Below are positions 1 to 11,400 of a stretch of DNA of 64,000 nucleotides, one piece after another. How positions within the stretch are numbered: the first letter of the stretch is position 1; the number at the start of each line of letters is the position of its first letter. Below the pieces are notes generated by a model. That model saw only the letters and a program-made list of their open reading frames with translations. It ran no database searches and had not been told where the DNA came from. The DNA is taken from the NCBI RefSeq assembly GCF_964355755.1, contig NC_092678.1:23701365-23765364 (forward strand). Direction: 5' to 3'. A program made the position numbers and the translations under genes. This stretch comes from Antedon mediterranea. Its lineage: Eukaryota; Animalia; Echinodermata.

Positions 1-46
1 TGACTTAATTTTATATTTTACAAACATTTTTGTTCTACCTTTTTAG

Positions 47-1400
47 GTTTCAGAAACTTATGATGTTGATGATATGAAGAGAACTGAGAAAGACCCTAAC
101 GTTTCTGAAGCTAGATACAATAACATGAGGAAATGTTTACAAAGACGCACTTCAACGGACACAATGCCGCCACCTACAACGCCGGTCCTAGCTACCTCAA
201 AACTCAGCAATCACGTAGTTAAAATTACCGAACAAAAAATAGATGTACCGCCTAAAAGTACTGATATTTCAAAAGTTTCCGGAAGTGGAGATTTAGAAAG
301 TAAAAGAAAAAACAGTGTAGTTGAATGTGGAGCCAAAGTGATCACACCTAAGTTAGCACCAAGCACTGCTAATAGACAAACATCTGGTGCTGAAAGAAAA
401 CCAAATATATCACTACCAAATAGTGTGGATGTCGTGCAGAACAGTGTAAATAGCAGCTCTATTGTAGATACTGGTAAAGTGACCAACAGAACAATGCCAA
501 TACAACAGAACGAAAGATCAACTTCTCCAATACCATCAGAAAAGTAGGTTTTGACAGGAAACAAATCACTAATCCTATTTTCATATGACATAGCAAGTCA
601 AAGTTATCTACCCACAGTAGAAAGCCAATCAAGGTTTTGTCTATTTTTTTTTTAGTGTACCACCCTGTGGAGACAAAGACTTGTTACAGAGGAAGCTAAG
701 ACAGCAACAGAAGCAGCAAGAGTTCAGAGACAAATTGAAACAAAAGCAAAATGGAGATGAAGTGAAGTCTCCGTTACTCCCTTTGGAAAATATGTCACCA
801 GTCGCAACGTCCACACCGATGCAAACAGAGAAGGTTGTCGATGGTGGGTTTACAGTTGAAGAACTTTTACTTGCAGAAGGTATTCCTTGTCTTTCTTAAG
901 CTCTGTTTACACTATCAAACTAGTGCGATGTGCCCAAATATGGGAGTGATATGCTTAAATATGGTAGTGATATGACATCATCATGTCCATATATGGGCAG
1001 ATCACATTTTTTGTCACATAAAGTTTGATAGTGTAGACTGCTCAACTGCTCACTACACTGATAAATATTTACGTTATTTCTAAAAGAAAAAATTGTATTT
1101 TTAGATGACCCAGAATTCTGGATAGCGTCGCAGGCATGCCGTGATGCCATGGAAGACTCGAATACTGTAGAAATGAAAAGTAATATTAATGGGGGACAAC
1201 AAGGACAATATTCCAGACGCTCTAATTTTAACTGGAATCAAAGTAGTCGAGAAGGATCAAGGTTACAAAGTAGTAAGTCAATCACTCTACAATGCTCTAA
1301 TTGTTTTTATCTTCTTTTGAGAATTTTTACTTAATAAATTTTTATTTTTTTCATAGATTACCCAACAAAAAGACGGAGAACTGATGACAAAATTAGCTGA
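47..1400 (+). CDS. RAD52: DNA repair protein RAD52 homolog, last four coding exons (5' part lies upstream of the window)
   Basis: Phase-consistent GT-AG exons 47-543, 656-879, 1105-1272, 1357-1400 (TGA 1398-1400). DPNVSEARYN and LLQRKLRQQQKQQEFRDKLKQKQ resemble the vertebrate RAD52 segments EPSVEEARYN and HQRKLRQKQLQQQFRERMEKQQ (RPA-binding region), recalled from memory. The protein ends in a basic NLS-like PTKRRRTD. Confidence 0.8.
899..1042 (+). mobile_element. MITE family A copy (TIR AGCTCTGTCTACACTATCAAAC; internal 21-bp repeat)
   Basis: Both TIRs are recognisable and the interior matches 12 other copies; lies in a RAD52 intron. Confidence 0.8.
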
Positions 1401-1887
1401 TAGTTCCATGTATTTCAATATTCTTTGATACTAAAGAATTTCTTAACCATTGTATCCAATTTTTTTTTAATAATTTGGGAAAAATCTATAATTTAAATTC
1501 AATGTTAAAATGTACATAATTATACTGGTATACTTTAACTTAGTACTTCATTATGTAGTGTGTGGTAATTTTTATATAATTTAAAATAATGAGATAAACA
1601 AATGTTTATTTAGCAATATATGTTTAATATAAAAGTACATTACAATTTATGATCAACTAATATTTTTTGGTAAATAAATAAACTTGAAACTTAATAGTAC
1701 TTATATTCACTGTTTGTAAAAGTAAAATCACATGTGATGTTACCCTTTATATTTTATGTTCTAGCAGTATTTTTAATTATCGATGTTGGTATTTAAACAA
1801 AAGCATTTTTTATTTAAATTTAAGTCTGACCAACTGACTAACATAATTAGGTTTAAAAAGTTTAGAATGTTGGTGGGTGGATGGAAT

Positions 1888-4380
1888 TCATGTCACTTCC
1901 TTTGTTGCAATTCTTGACACTATAGAGTCAACTAAAGAACTACATTGTAACTCTTCTTCTTGGATCTTGTAAATCTGCAATAAATAAAAGTCAAAAGACA
2001 TTTGTGGAATTAGATTTGTATTGTGCAATTACAACTTGTGGCACAGTGTCTTGGGGGTTAAAGTTCTTGCTTAATTACCAGGATTCTATGTTCAGGTCTA
2101 AAACTACTCTATAGGTCCAAAAGATCATAGTACACTACTATTTATTCCAGTATTTTTGGGTGGATTTAGATTTTTTTCTCACTTTTTATTCATATAATTC
2201 ATATTTTATTTAAGTCTTACCTTTTTAATTCTGTCAGTGTCTGAAATATTTGCAAGGTTTTCAAGAGAAATTAAGTCGCCAACAATCCTGGTTTTCAAAA
2301 TGCCTAGTTTTTCATTTTCTTTGTCATCTAATAAAACTACTAGAAGATACTTGGCATCATTTTGAAAGCTGAATAGTTTAAAGGATTCACCAATCTGAAA
2401 CAAAACAGTATTAGATGTAATGTGGACAGAGCTCTAGTTGTACACTTATAAGCTGAATAGTTTTAAAGGATTCACCAATCTGAAACAAAACAGTATTAGA
2501 TGTAATGTGGACAGAGCTCTAGTTGTACACTTATAAGCTGAATAGTTTTAAAGGATTCACCAATCTGAAACAAAACAGTATTAGATGTAATGTGGACAGA
2601 GCTTTAGTTGTACACTTATAAGCTGAATAGTTTAAAGGATTCACCAATCTGAAACAAAACAGTATTAATTAGTGGATGTGCATTGACGACTGTGGATATG
2701 AAGATGATTAGCAATGTGGTTATATTCATATTTGTGATTCACTGTATCATTATAAAGCTCTCTCTACACTATCAAACTTTATGTGACAAAAAATGGGATG
2801 TGCCCATATGGACATGATGTCTTATCACTACCATATTTAAGTATATCACTACCATATTTGGGCACATCACACTCTTTTTATCAAACTCGTTTGATGGTGT
2901 GGACAGAGCTTTAGTTGTACACTTAATATAAGCTGAATAGTTTGAAGGATTCACCAATCTGAAACAAAACAGTATTAACTAGATTTAATTCGTCACTATG
3001 ACGAATTATAGGTTATATGCATTGATTTAAATAAAGATAATTGATTTTTAAAAGATATATTGATTGATTGATTTTCTCAGAATCTTTAATTATTTATAAT
3101 ATATGATAGGACCTTGCTAACGCGAATAGCATAGCCGGTATCACAATCCGATCAAAGATCCCTCTGCGTATAATGTCATAAACCGCATTTGTTGTTACAT
3201 AATAATAAAGACATAAAGTAACTTTTTATCTAGATTTCATTATAAATCATGTGTATAATCTATACACTAAGAAATAAATTTGAACAATACGGATAATAAA
3301 AAAAAAATCTTATTTCGTTTCCCAAGGTGAGACTCGAACTAGGTACCTTGAATGCCATTGACACGAGCACAGACCATCGAGCCATACACAACTGACTAAA
3401 AGTTGGAGAAAAATTCCTCCGTGTATTTACTATGCAGTAACCACTTTGGTGCAGATAGATTATTACATACCGCAATGAATTATAATGTTTTACTATGATG
3501 ACATCTTTAAAAATTTAAAAAAATGATGCACTGTCAAACTATATACTTTTAACTTTAATATATGAACTTCTTAAGGAAGAAAGTTAACGTTAAGTTTGTT
3601 ATTTTGGCCTAAGAAAATGTTATAATTTGTTTGATTGTCGAAATTAATTTTGTTAAATTTAATATGCCATTAATGATGACTTAATCAACTTTTGTTCTTC
3701 TAATTTCATAATAAATCATACATATGATACATACACTTCAAGAAAATTAAATAAAAAATAGGTGTTCCCGAGCATTCTAACGATATATATTAATCTTAAA
3801 ATTTAGCATATTTTCACCATTTTGTTAACTTACACGTGCGTAGCCCGTCACTTTTGACGTGCTCGTATAACGCTGTTTTGCGTTGAAAAGTGAATAAAAT
3901 ATGATGATATTATTAAAGAAAGGTTATACAACAGTAATCGGACACAAACAGTGCGCATTAACGTTTGACGCGCAGTGCGCGTGCAAAAATCTGCGCACTC
4001 ATGGCAATTTTTTAAACGCTTAAAATTGCCTGAAACGTACTCTAATTTCATCGAAAATAAATTCTGACAATTTTCAACATTTTAAGCGCGCGTACGCATG
4101 CGTTATATGCGCTACGCACGTAATTGTATTTCCATATGATGAAATATGACCTGAAATTTATGAGTACCAAATTTTGTTTAAAAGTGATTCATGTTTGTGA
4201 AGATATGATTACAAACGTGATTTCGTTAAATCGCGCGTAGACCGCGTAATTTTTGATTGCGCATCGTGAAAACATAACCACATCGATTCCTGGCCATAAG
4301 GAATATACTCTGAAAAATTGACTTAGATAGATGAAACTGATGCCAAGATAATTCACGGACAAATAGTGCTAAGGAAAGAA

Positions 4381-4419
<39 letters not shown>

Positions 4420-5206
4420 AGATTTTGACAGAATCAAGAGGTTATATGCATATCATGCATATAACCTAATTAGTGGATGTGCATTGACGACTGTGGATAT
4501 GAAGATGATGAGAAATGTGCTTATATTCACTGTATCAGTATCACTCAGGCATTTAAACTTACATTTTTACTTGGTGAAATGTTGTACAATATCTCAGAAT
4601 TTACAGATCTTGTTTTTAACTTGCCATTCTTTTGATTGTAAATTGCTTTGTTTGTAGCCACTAATACTTGAAATGGATCTGCCACCTTGAGAGAAAAAAA
4701 CACAAACAAATGTTTCTCCAATGGTTTAACAATCATCTACCCCATCCCACCAGAGACTAGAGTAGGCCTAGGTCATAATTTTTTAGTTTAAAAAAAAGTT
4801 TAAAAACTAAAATAAATTACACATGTCACGACCTAAGTGCTGTCAAGTTTAAATAATGTGTAAATTAATAATTGCTGTCAGTTATTTGAATTTTTATACA
4901 TTAACAATTTAAAGTAAGTTGAGCCTAGCACTGTTAATCGCCTGATTCATCACCCGACGTGGGCAGTTTTGACCCTCTGGATTGCATGTGACATGTTTTC
5001 TGTCGTCGTGGACGGGCAGGGGCCTAGCTAGCTTATCAAAAAGGCCGATAAAAACTCACCAAATCTGGAGATAAAATTGCAGCGTCAATATTACCACTAC
5101 CAATATGCTTCTTTACTTCTTCTGCATTTTCAACATTTCCAAATAATGCCAAGGAAACCATAAAATCAGCAAACGTTTGTACCTTGAAATGCTTCACAAA
5201 CTCCAT
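1888..5206 (-). CDS. TPRKB: EKC/KEOPS complex subunit TPRKB (CGI-121), 176 aa, 4 exons
   Basis: Exons 5206-5060, 4685-4563, 2394-2221, 1974-1888, all phase 0 with GT-AG introns. Translation MEFVKHFKVQ...NIDAAILSPDL/VADPFQVLVATNKAIYNQKNGKLKTRSVNSEILYNISPSKN/IGESFKLF...DRIKK/IYKIQEEEL...IVSRIATKEVT matches CGI-121 family motifs (DPFQILVAANKA, KTRTLSTEIIFNLSP). Confidence 0.95.
2367..2977. repeat. 84-85 bp tandem repeat (3.5 copies plus a displaced copy) containing the TPRKB exon 3 splice acceptor
   Basis: AGCTGAATAGTTTAAAGGATTCACCAATCTGAAACAAAACAGTATTA recurs, with the acceptor dinucleotide at 2395, 2480, 2565, 2649 and 2959. Confidence 0.92.
2756..2910 (-). mobile_element. MITE family A copy
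   Basis: TIRs AGCTCTCTCTACACTATCAAAC and GTTTGATGGTGTGGACAGAGCT, with TAA/TTA flanks. Confidence 0.82.
2978..4468 (-). mobile_element. Non-autonomous Helentron-associated element (HINE/DINE-1-like), ~1.5 kb
   Basis: Subterminal inverted repeat AGGTTATATGCAT at 3010-3022 versus ATGCATATAACCT at 4455-4467. Terminal hairpin at 4439-4467, (AAAT)n microsatellite at 4379-4420, and stem-loop AATTCGTCA-cta-TGACGAATT at 2987-3007 next to a CTAGT terminus. Inserted within AA/TT without a TSD. Confidence 0.8.
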
Positions 5207-5407
5207 GTTTGTTTTGTGTGCGAGAACCAGCCGATAGATGGCGTGAATCTTTATTATTCTTTAGCGCCCTCTATATGTATTACTTTTTCCGCGAGTCGCG
5301 AGAGAAATAGCTGGTAGCCTACACGATACACAAAGTCAACGAAAAATGTCGTAATAAATTCGTATTTATCAATTATTTAAACTAAACTGTATCTACACAT
5401 ATCAATA
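5207..5407. promoter_or_regulatory. Compact bidirectional promoter region between TPRKB and ABCD
   Basis: Only 201 bp separate the two divergent start codons. The interval has a local CpG cluster (CCGCGAGTCGCGAGA) and two CTCF-like words (CCGATAGATGGCG, GCGCCCTCTA). Confidence 0.65.
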
Positions 5408-8400
5408 ATGTCTCAAATGTTAAATTCTGTGTTTAAGAAGCATATAAAAAATCCTAAATTAGCTGGAGGAGTAGCAATTGCACTGGCTGTAGGCTTCGGT
5501 GTTCAGCGATATCGAAACAGAGAGGACTTGGGCAGCCTAAGCAAATACATTTTCTCCGCGGACAATTCGAAAACAAAGACTACCGTAGGAGGCCTAGAAA
5601 ACAAATCCCAAGAAAAGGGTATTAAAGATACAGAAAATGAATCGAATGCTGAGGGGACAATTACAGGAAATAGGCTTATATCTTCAACAACTGTTGGACG
5701 GTTATTTTATTCACGTTTATTAAAATTATTAAGAATTATTATTCCTGGAGTGTGGACCAAAGAATTCGGTATTTTAGTACTTCATACTGCTGCCCTTGTT
5801 ACAAGAACATTTCTCTCTATTTATGTTGCTAATTTAGATGGAACCATTGTCAAATCTATCGTAAAAACAAATGTAACAGAGTTCGCTTTTAGCCTTATTA
5901 AATGGCTTCTACTAGCCGTTCCCGCGACCTTTATAAACAGTTCAATACGGTTCTTAGAAAATCATTTAAGCTTGGCATTTCGTTCACGACTTGTTGCGCA
6001 TTCTTATAAATTGTACTTTAAAAATCAGACATACTATCGCGTTAGTAATTTAGATAGCCGTCTTGTAAATGCTGATCAAAATTTAACAGAGGACGTGACG
6101 ATGTTCTGCCAATCGGTGGCGCATCTTTATTCGCATCTAACCAAACCGATATTGGATGTAATTTTGATGTCAGGAGCTTTGATGCGAATGGCAGAAGAAG
6201 GCAATGCACATACAAGTATGTCTCGTATCCTTGGCGTTACTAACCTGATAGCAACTGCTCAAATCCTACGAATGGCATCCCCGAAATTTGGCAGACTTGT
6301 TTCTGAGGAAGCTCACCGCAAAGGCCATCTACGGTTTATTCATTCTCGTGTTATCACGAATGCTGAAGAGATTGCATTCTATGGTGGTCATGAGGTTAGC
6401 ATTATTTATTATAACATGATTAATATATTGTTTGAAGGTTTGCATGGCGAAATCAAATGTTGATATAAAGTTTGTGGTACACCACGTGTATTAGTTCTGA
6501 AAAGAACTGTTGAGTTTCTCGACGTTTCGATCAATATACTTTGATCGTCCTCAGGAGTGAGAATGCAGAAAGTCCAGGAAACTTGGAATATAAGTTGAAA
6601 GGGTGGGACTGGAGTGAAAGCCAGAAACAATGGCAAGTTCACACAGTGGCAGGGACTGAAACTAGCTATAGCAAAGCATTGTTTCTCAAGAACAATATTT
6701 ATTTATTTATTTATTTGGAATTACACCTTTAGATCGGTGGCACACTTAGCACAAAGGTGCATCCTTCACAATAAAAAATATAACAATTAACAGAAAAGTA
6801 AAAAAAGGCAAAACCAACTATCAACCCCTATCCTACCCCCCCCCCCCCCCAATTTACATTGATACATACAGTAGATTATTACTTTACACAATGAATACAA
6901 AACAAGATATAGTAAAAGTGTATAAAATAAAATAAAATCAACTGATAAACACAGCTTATTACGAAAAACCCCAACTCCTCCCCTCCCCCCCCCCCCCCAC
7001 CACTTTTTTTCAATTTACTTAAAGATGTATTGTCCCTTTGACTAATTCCAAAAAAATAAAAAATAAAAGATTTCGAAAAAAGGTGGGTCATTTTGAAGTA
7101 TCATAATAGTTATTAACTATCACCAAAAATTTTTCGAAAAAAAAAAAATTTTAACTGAAATACAGACGTTTTTTTGTTAAAAAAATAACTTTGACTTCCA
7201 GTCAAAATTTTCAATCAAAACATATCCCATAATGAAACGCGCTTGTTTGGCTACTCTGTATGCATAGTCATAAAACTTCCTCATGATCTGTGTGAAAATA
7301 CCTTCTTAACCATGACGAGTTGTAAACAATCCTAATTTAGCATATGCATAATGCGTACTCATGGTTTGAAATCTTTGTTTACTTTCGCTCGTGACGATTT
7401 TCCAAATGAAATGTAATCAAACTAATTTACCTGTTAATTACGTAAACTTGTTGTTTTTGGCTCATATTTTCGACTTAAAGTGAATAACTTTAATATTACT
7501 TTGATATGGCCACTTTAAATTTAGAATATTTTGACCTTCATTTTTTTGTGTTTCAAGGGACAATACATCTTTAATGTAGCAATGTAGATAACATAATTAT
7601 TGAGTCATGGAATTCAGTGAATCATTTCGAAATTGCCACAATAGTGAATGGAAACTTCCTATAGAAGAGCATTGTTTCTGATAGGTGTGAAAAGCAGGGT
7701 GAGACAAGCTAAAAACAATAGCATTGTCTCAAAGTTGGGTGTGGACTGGCCAACATGATTATATGATGATAATCCTAATACGTACTATCTATGTACAGTA
7801 TGGCAAACGTGTAATTTCTTATACAGTAAACGGTAAAAACATATCAGTTGTGTTCACATACTTTTAACAGTATTAACATTTGTTTAATAAATATTACAAG
7901 ATTCATTGATTAACACTTCTAATTAAACAATTTAACTAATTTTATGAAAGACAAATAATTATTGAACTTTGTTTTATTTTCAGATTGAACACAGCCAACT
8001 AAGAAAGGCATTTAATTCTTTGGCATCTCAAATGCGTTTAATATTTAGTAAACGTCTTTGGTATGTCATGTTGGAACAGTTTCTAATGAAGTATGTGTGG
8101 AGTGCTACTGGTCTGGTAATGGTTGCTATTCCTATTATCACTGCTACAGCTCCAGACATGCCAGGTATGTAATAATATTGATTATATAACATTTAAATAA
8201 ATTTGATTGGACAATTGTGGGTCACATGGCATGCAATAGAAATGCACTATTGAACATTTTAAAATGAATTTTAAATCTATTATTTTGCAGATGGTGAAGA
8301 AATAACAGGTTCTGAAGAGATCAGCTTAAGAACAGAAGCATTTACTATTGCTAAGGGACTGTTGCTATCGACAGCTGATGCAGTTGAACGAATTCTATCA

Positions 8401-11400
8401 TCATACAAAGAGGTACATTTGTACATGTACTTTAGCTTGTTGAGTCCTGGGTTCAAATCCTAACTTACTGCCACAATAACATGACCTTTCTGCCAAAGAA
8501 ACAATATCATAGACTACCTACTGTACGATGGTTATCGTTATTTGTTATTACTGATTTTTATACAAAATAAAGGTTTAATAAAATGATTAATTTCTGAAGG
8601 TTACTGAACTGGCAGGGTACACAGCAAGAGTTTCGGACATGTTGACCGTATTCAATGATATGTCCGAGGGTACATATGTCAGAACGAGTGTGACAGGTGC
8701 CACTAAGTCAATGTTGGAACATGCATCATTAGGCAAAATAGAAGGTCCATTGGAAATAAAAGGTTAGTTTTTATACTACAGTAAAACTAAACAGACAAAA
8801 AAATTTGTTAATTTATATAGTATATCTCTCTACATTTGTAACCCAAGGTGTCCCACTGACAGCACAAGGGCAGTTCTAGGGTGTTGCCCAATGTTTTTCT
8901 GAGGCTTGGCCAAGTATGACATCATTAGTCTGGCAGGTGATAATTGTATCATAGTAGACAGGAAGTGTATGTCTTTAATTTATTGAACTCATTTCCTTCA
9001 TGCAATTATATAAACAAGAATATTCTGACTTCTGTCTAAATATTTCACTATATTTTGACAAAATCTTACAAATCATTTTCCATCTTTTAATTGAACAAGT
9101 TCCTTACCGCTCAGTTCTCCAGCAAGTGATGATTGTATTCTACAATACACACCAAGAAAAATATTGCTCACTCCCACAAAAACTGCACTTTCTATATTTT
9201 TCGCTGACTCCCACATAAACTGCACTTTCTACAGATTTTTCTTGAAACAATGACAAGTTTAATAGAAAAGAAACAATATGTTTTAGCCATAAATATTCAT
9301 GTAGACAGAAATAAAGCAAACATGTAATAGAAATATTAATAAAAGATATGATGGCAATGTGGAAGGGCGTGGCTTAAAGACGGCTCCAAGGGCGTGGTTT
9401 AAAGACGGCTCCAATATATTCTTAACATTTATATTGAAGTTTTAACCCAATTTCTTTTACACTATGCAAAATATTTTGATGTAATACAAGTATCAGCATT
9501 TCACAAGTACTGTATATGACACTCTCACAGATGTTTATCATATGAATTCCTTTTTTTTAAATGTGGAATAAAATTAATTAAAATATGAAGGTGTTAATTA
9601 CTAAATGTCATAATTTAAAAAAAAACAAAACATGTACAGATTAATAAAAATAATAAGAACTGATATACCCAATTTCTTTTACACTATGCAAAATATCTAT
9701 TCTTGATGTATGTATACAAGTATCAGCATTTTACAAGACATTCTCACAGATATGAATCCTTTTTTTTTTAAATGTGGAATAAAATTAATCAAAATATGAA
9801 GGTGTTAATTACTAAATGTCATGATTAATAAGTTTGATATGATGTGTTGCAGGTGAGGTGCTCAACACTGACATGTCAATAATAGAGGTTGAGAAGCTGT
9901 CAATTATCACACCCAATCGGGATGTAGTCGTGTCAAATTTGACATTTAAGGTAGGGGCTGATTGTCATGTTAACCTTATAAAAAAAGGGGGCCAATGTAC
10001 AGTATCGGAAAAAATATACGATGATAATACAGATTTTTGTGCAATTGGAAATTCCAAATGTTGGGCCATATTTTGAGTTCTTTTCTAGATGGACCAAAGG
10101 AGAACACATGATGAGCCATCAATCAAATAAGTGGCACAAGTTGAATAATCAATGTAGTAAGCTACAAGCTCTAATCAAGTCCATGACGTATTGAATACCA
10201 TCTGACATAGATGAAGCGAAAATGGCCATTAAATCACTCATTTTTCTACTGCAATTTTAGACCATCACAAACTCTGTCTCGACTGTTTTTGATTGGATAG
10301 GGATAGATTCTAAATTGAATTTGTCTTTAGGTCAGAGTTCAGCCCATAAAAACTTTAGGACATGAGTTTAAAATGGCAGATTTATTAATCAATTGTATGA
10401 GCTCCTGTCATTGTGTCCCTTGAGAATGTCTGACTGATGTTTTCCAAGCTAAAATATGAATTTAATTATCTATGTGTTTGCCAACTTTTTTAAGAGTTGT
10501 TTGACTGATGAATTGTCTTTTTATGTCAGGTAGAGGAAGGCATGCATTTGTTAATTACTGGGCCAAATGGATGTGGAAAAAGTTCTCTGTTCCGAATGCT
10601 ATGTGAACTGTGGCCTGTGTATGTGGGTAAATTGACCAGGCCTAGCCCTAAGCACATGCTTTTTATTCCACAAAGGTTAGTTAAACTTGAAATATAGTGC
10701 CGCATTACAACCATCCAATCTCTTTAGGGAAAAAGTACTGTATGTATTAACATTGATTATTTGAAGAGAATTAAAGATGATTTATTTCCCACTTGCGCTC
10801 AAACTCTGTTCATCTGATTGCTGATAATGCTGCAACCTATAATATATAATAATCCATTGTTCGACCATAGAGATACATTTCTCTATGGTCTGACTGGACA
10901 ACATATATTTCCACAGCATTAGTGTGGTTTTATGCATGACCAAATTAACATGAAACAAATAAATAAATCTTTTTTTACCTGTGACCTGTCTTCTGCAGAC
11001 CATATATGTCACTGGGTACACTCGCTGACCAGGTAATATATCCAGACACTGTGGAAGATATGGAAAATAAGAAAGTTACATACAAAGACTTATATGCTAT
11101 CTTATCATTGGTTCATCTGCAACATATCGTAGCCAGAGAAGGAGGTAAACTTTACATTTTTTAAACCTTATTTGTTTTGATACCATAAAGATTTGTGAGC
11201 CCTATCTACACTATCACAATTCATGTGACAAAAAAATGTGATGTTCTCATATATGGACATGATGATGTCATATCACTACCATATTTGAACTTATTACTAC
11301 CGTATTTGGGCACATCACACTTTTTTTGTCAGACTAGTTTGATAGTGTAGACAGAGCTATTTTTGATGTAGAGTTGACAACGTGGATATCTAGACCAAAA

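Noticed and set aside
211-591. 126-aa hydrophobic ORF on the minus strand
   Set aside because: Antisense shadow of the RAD52 exon.
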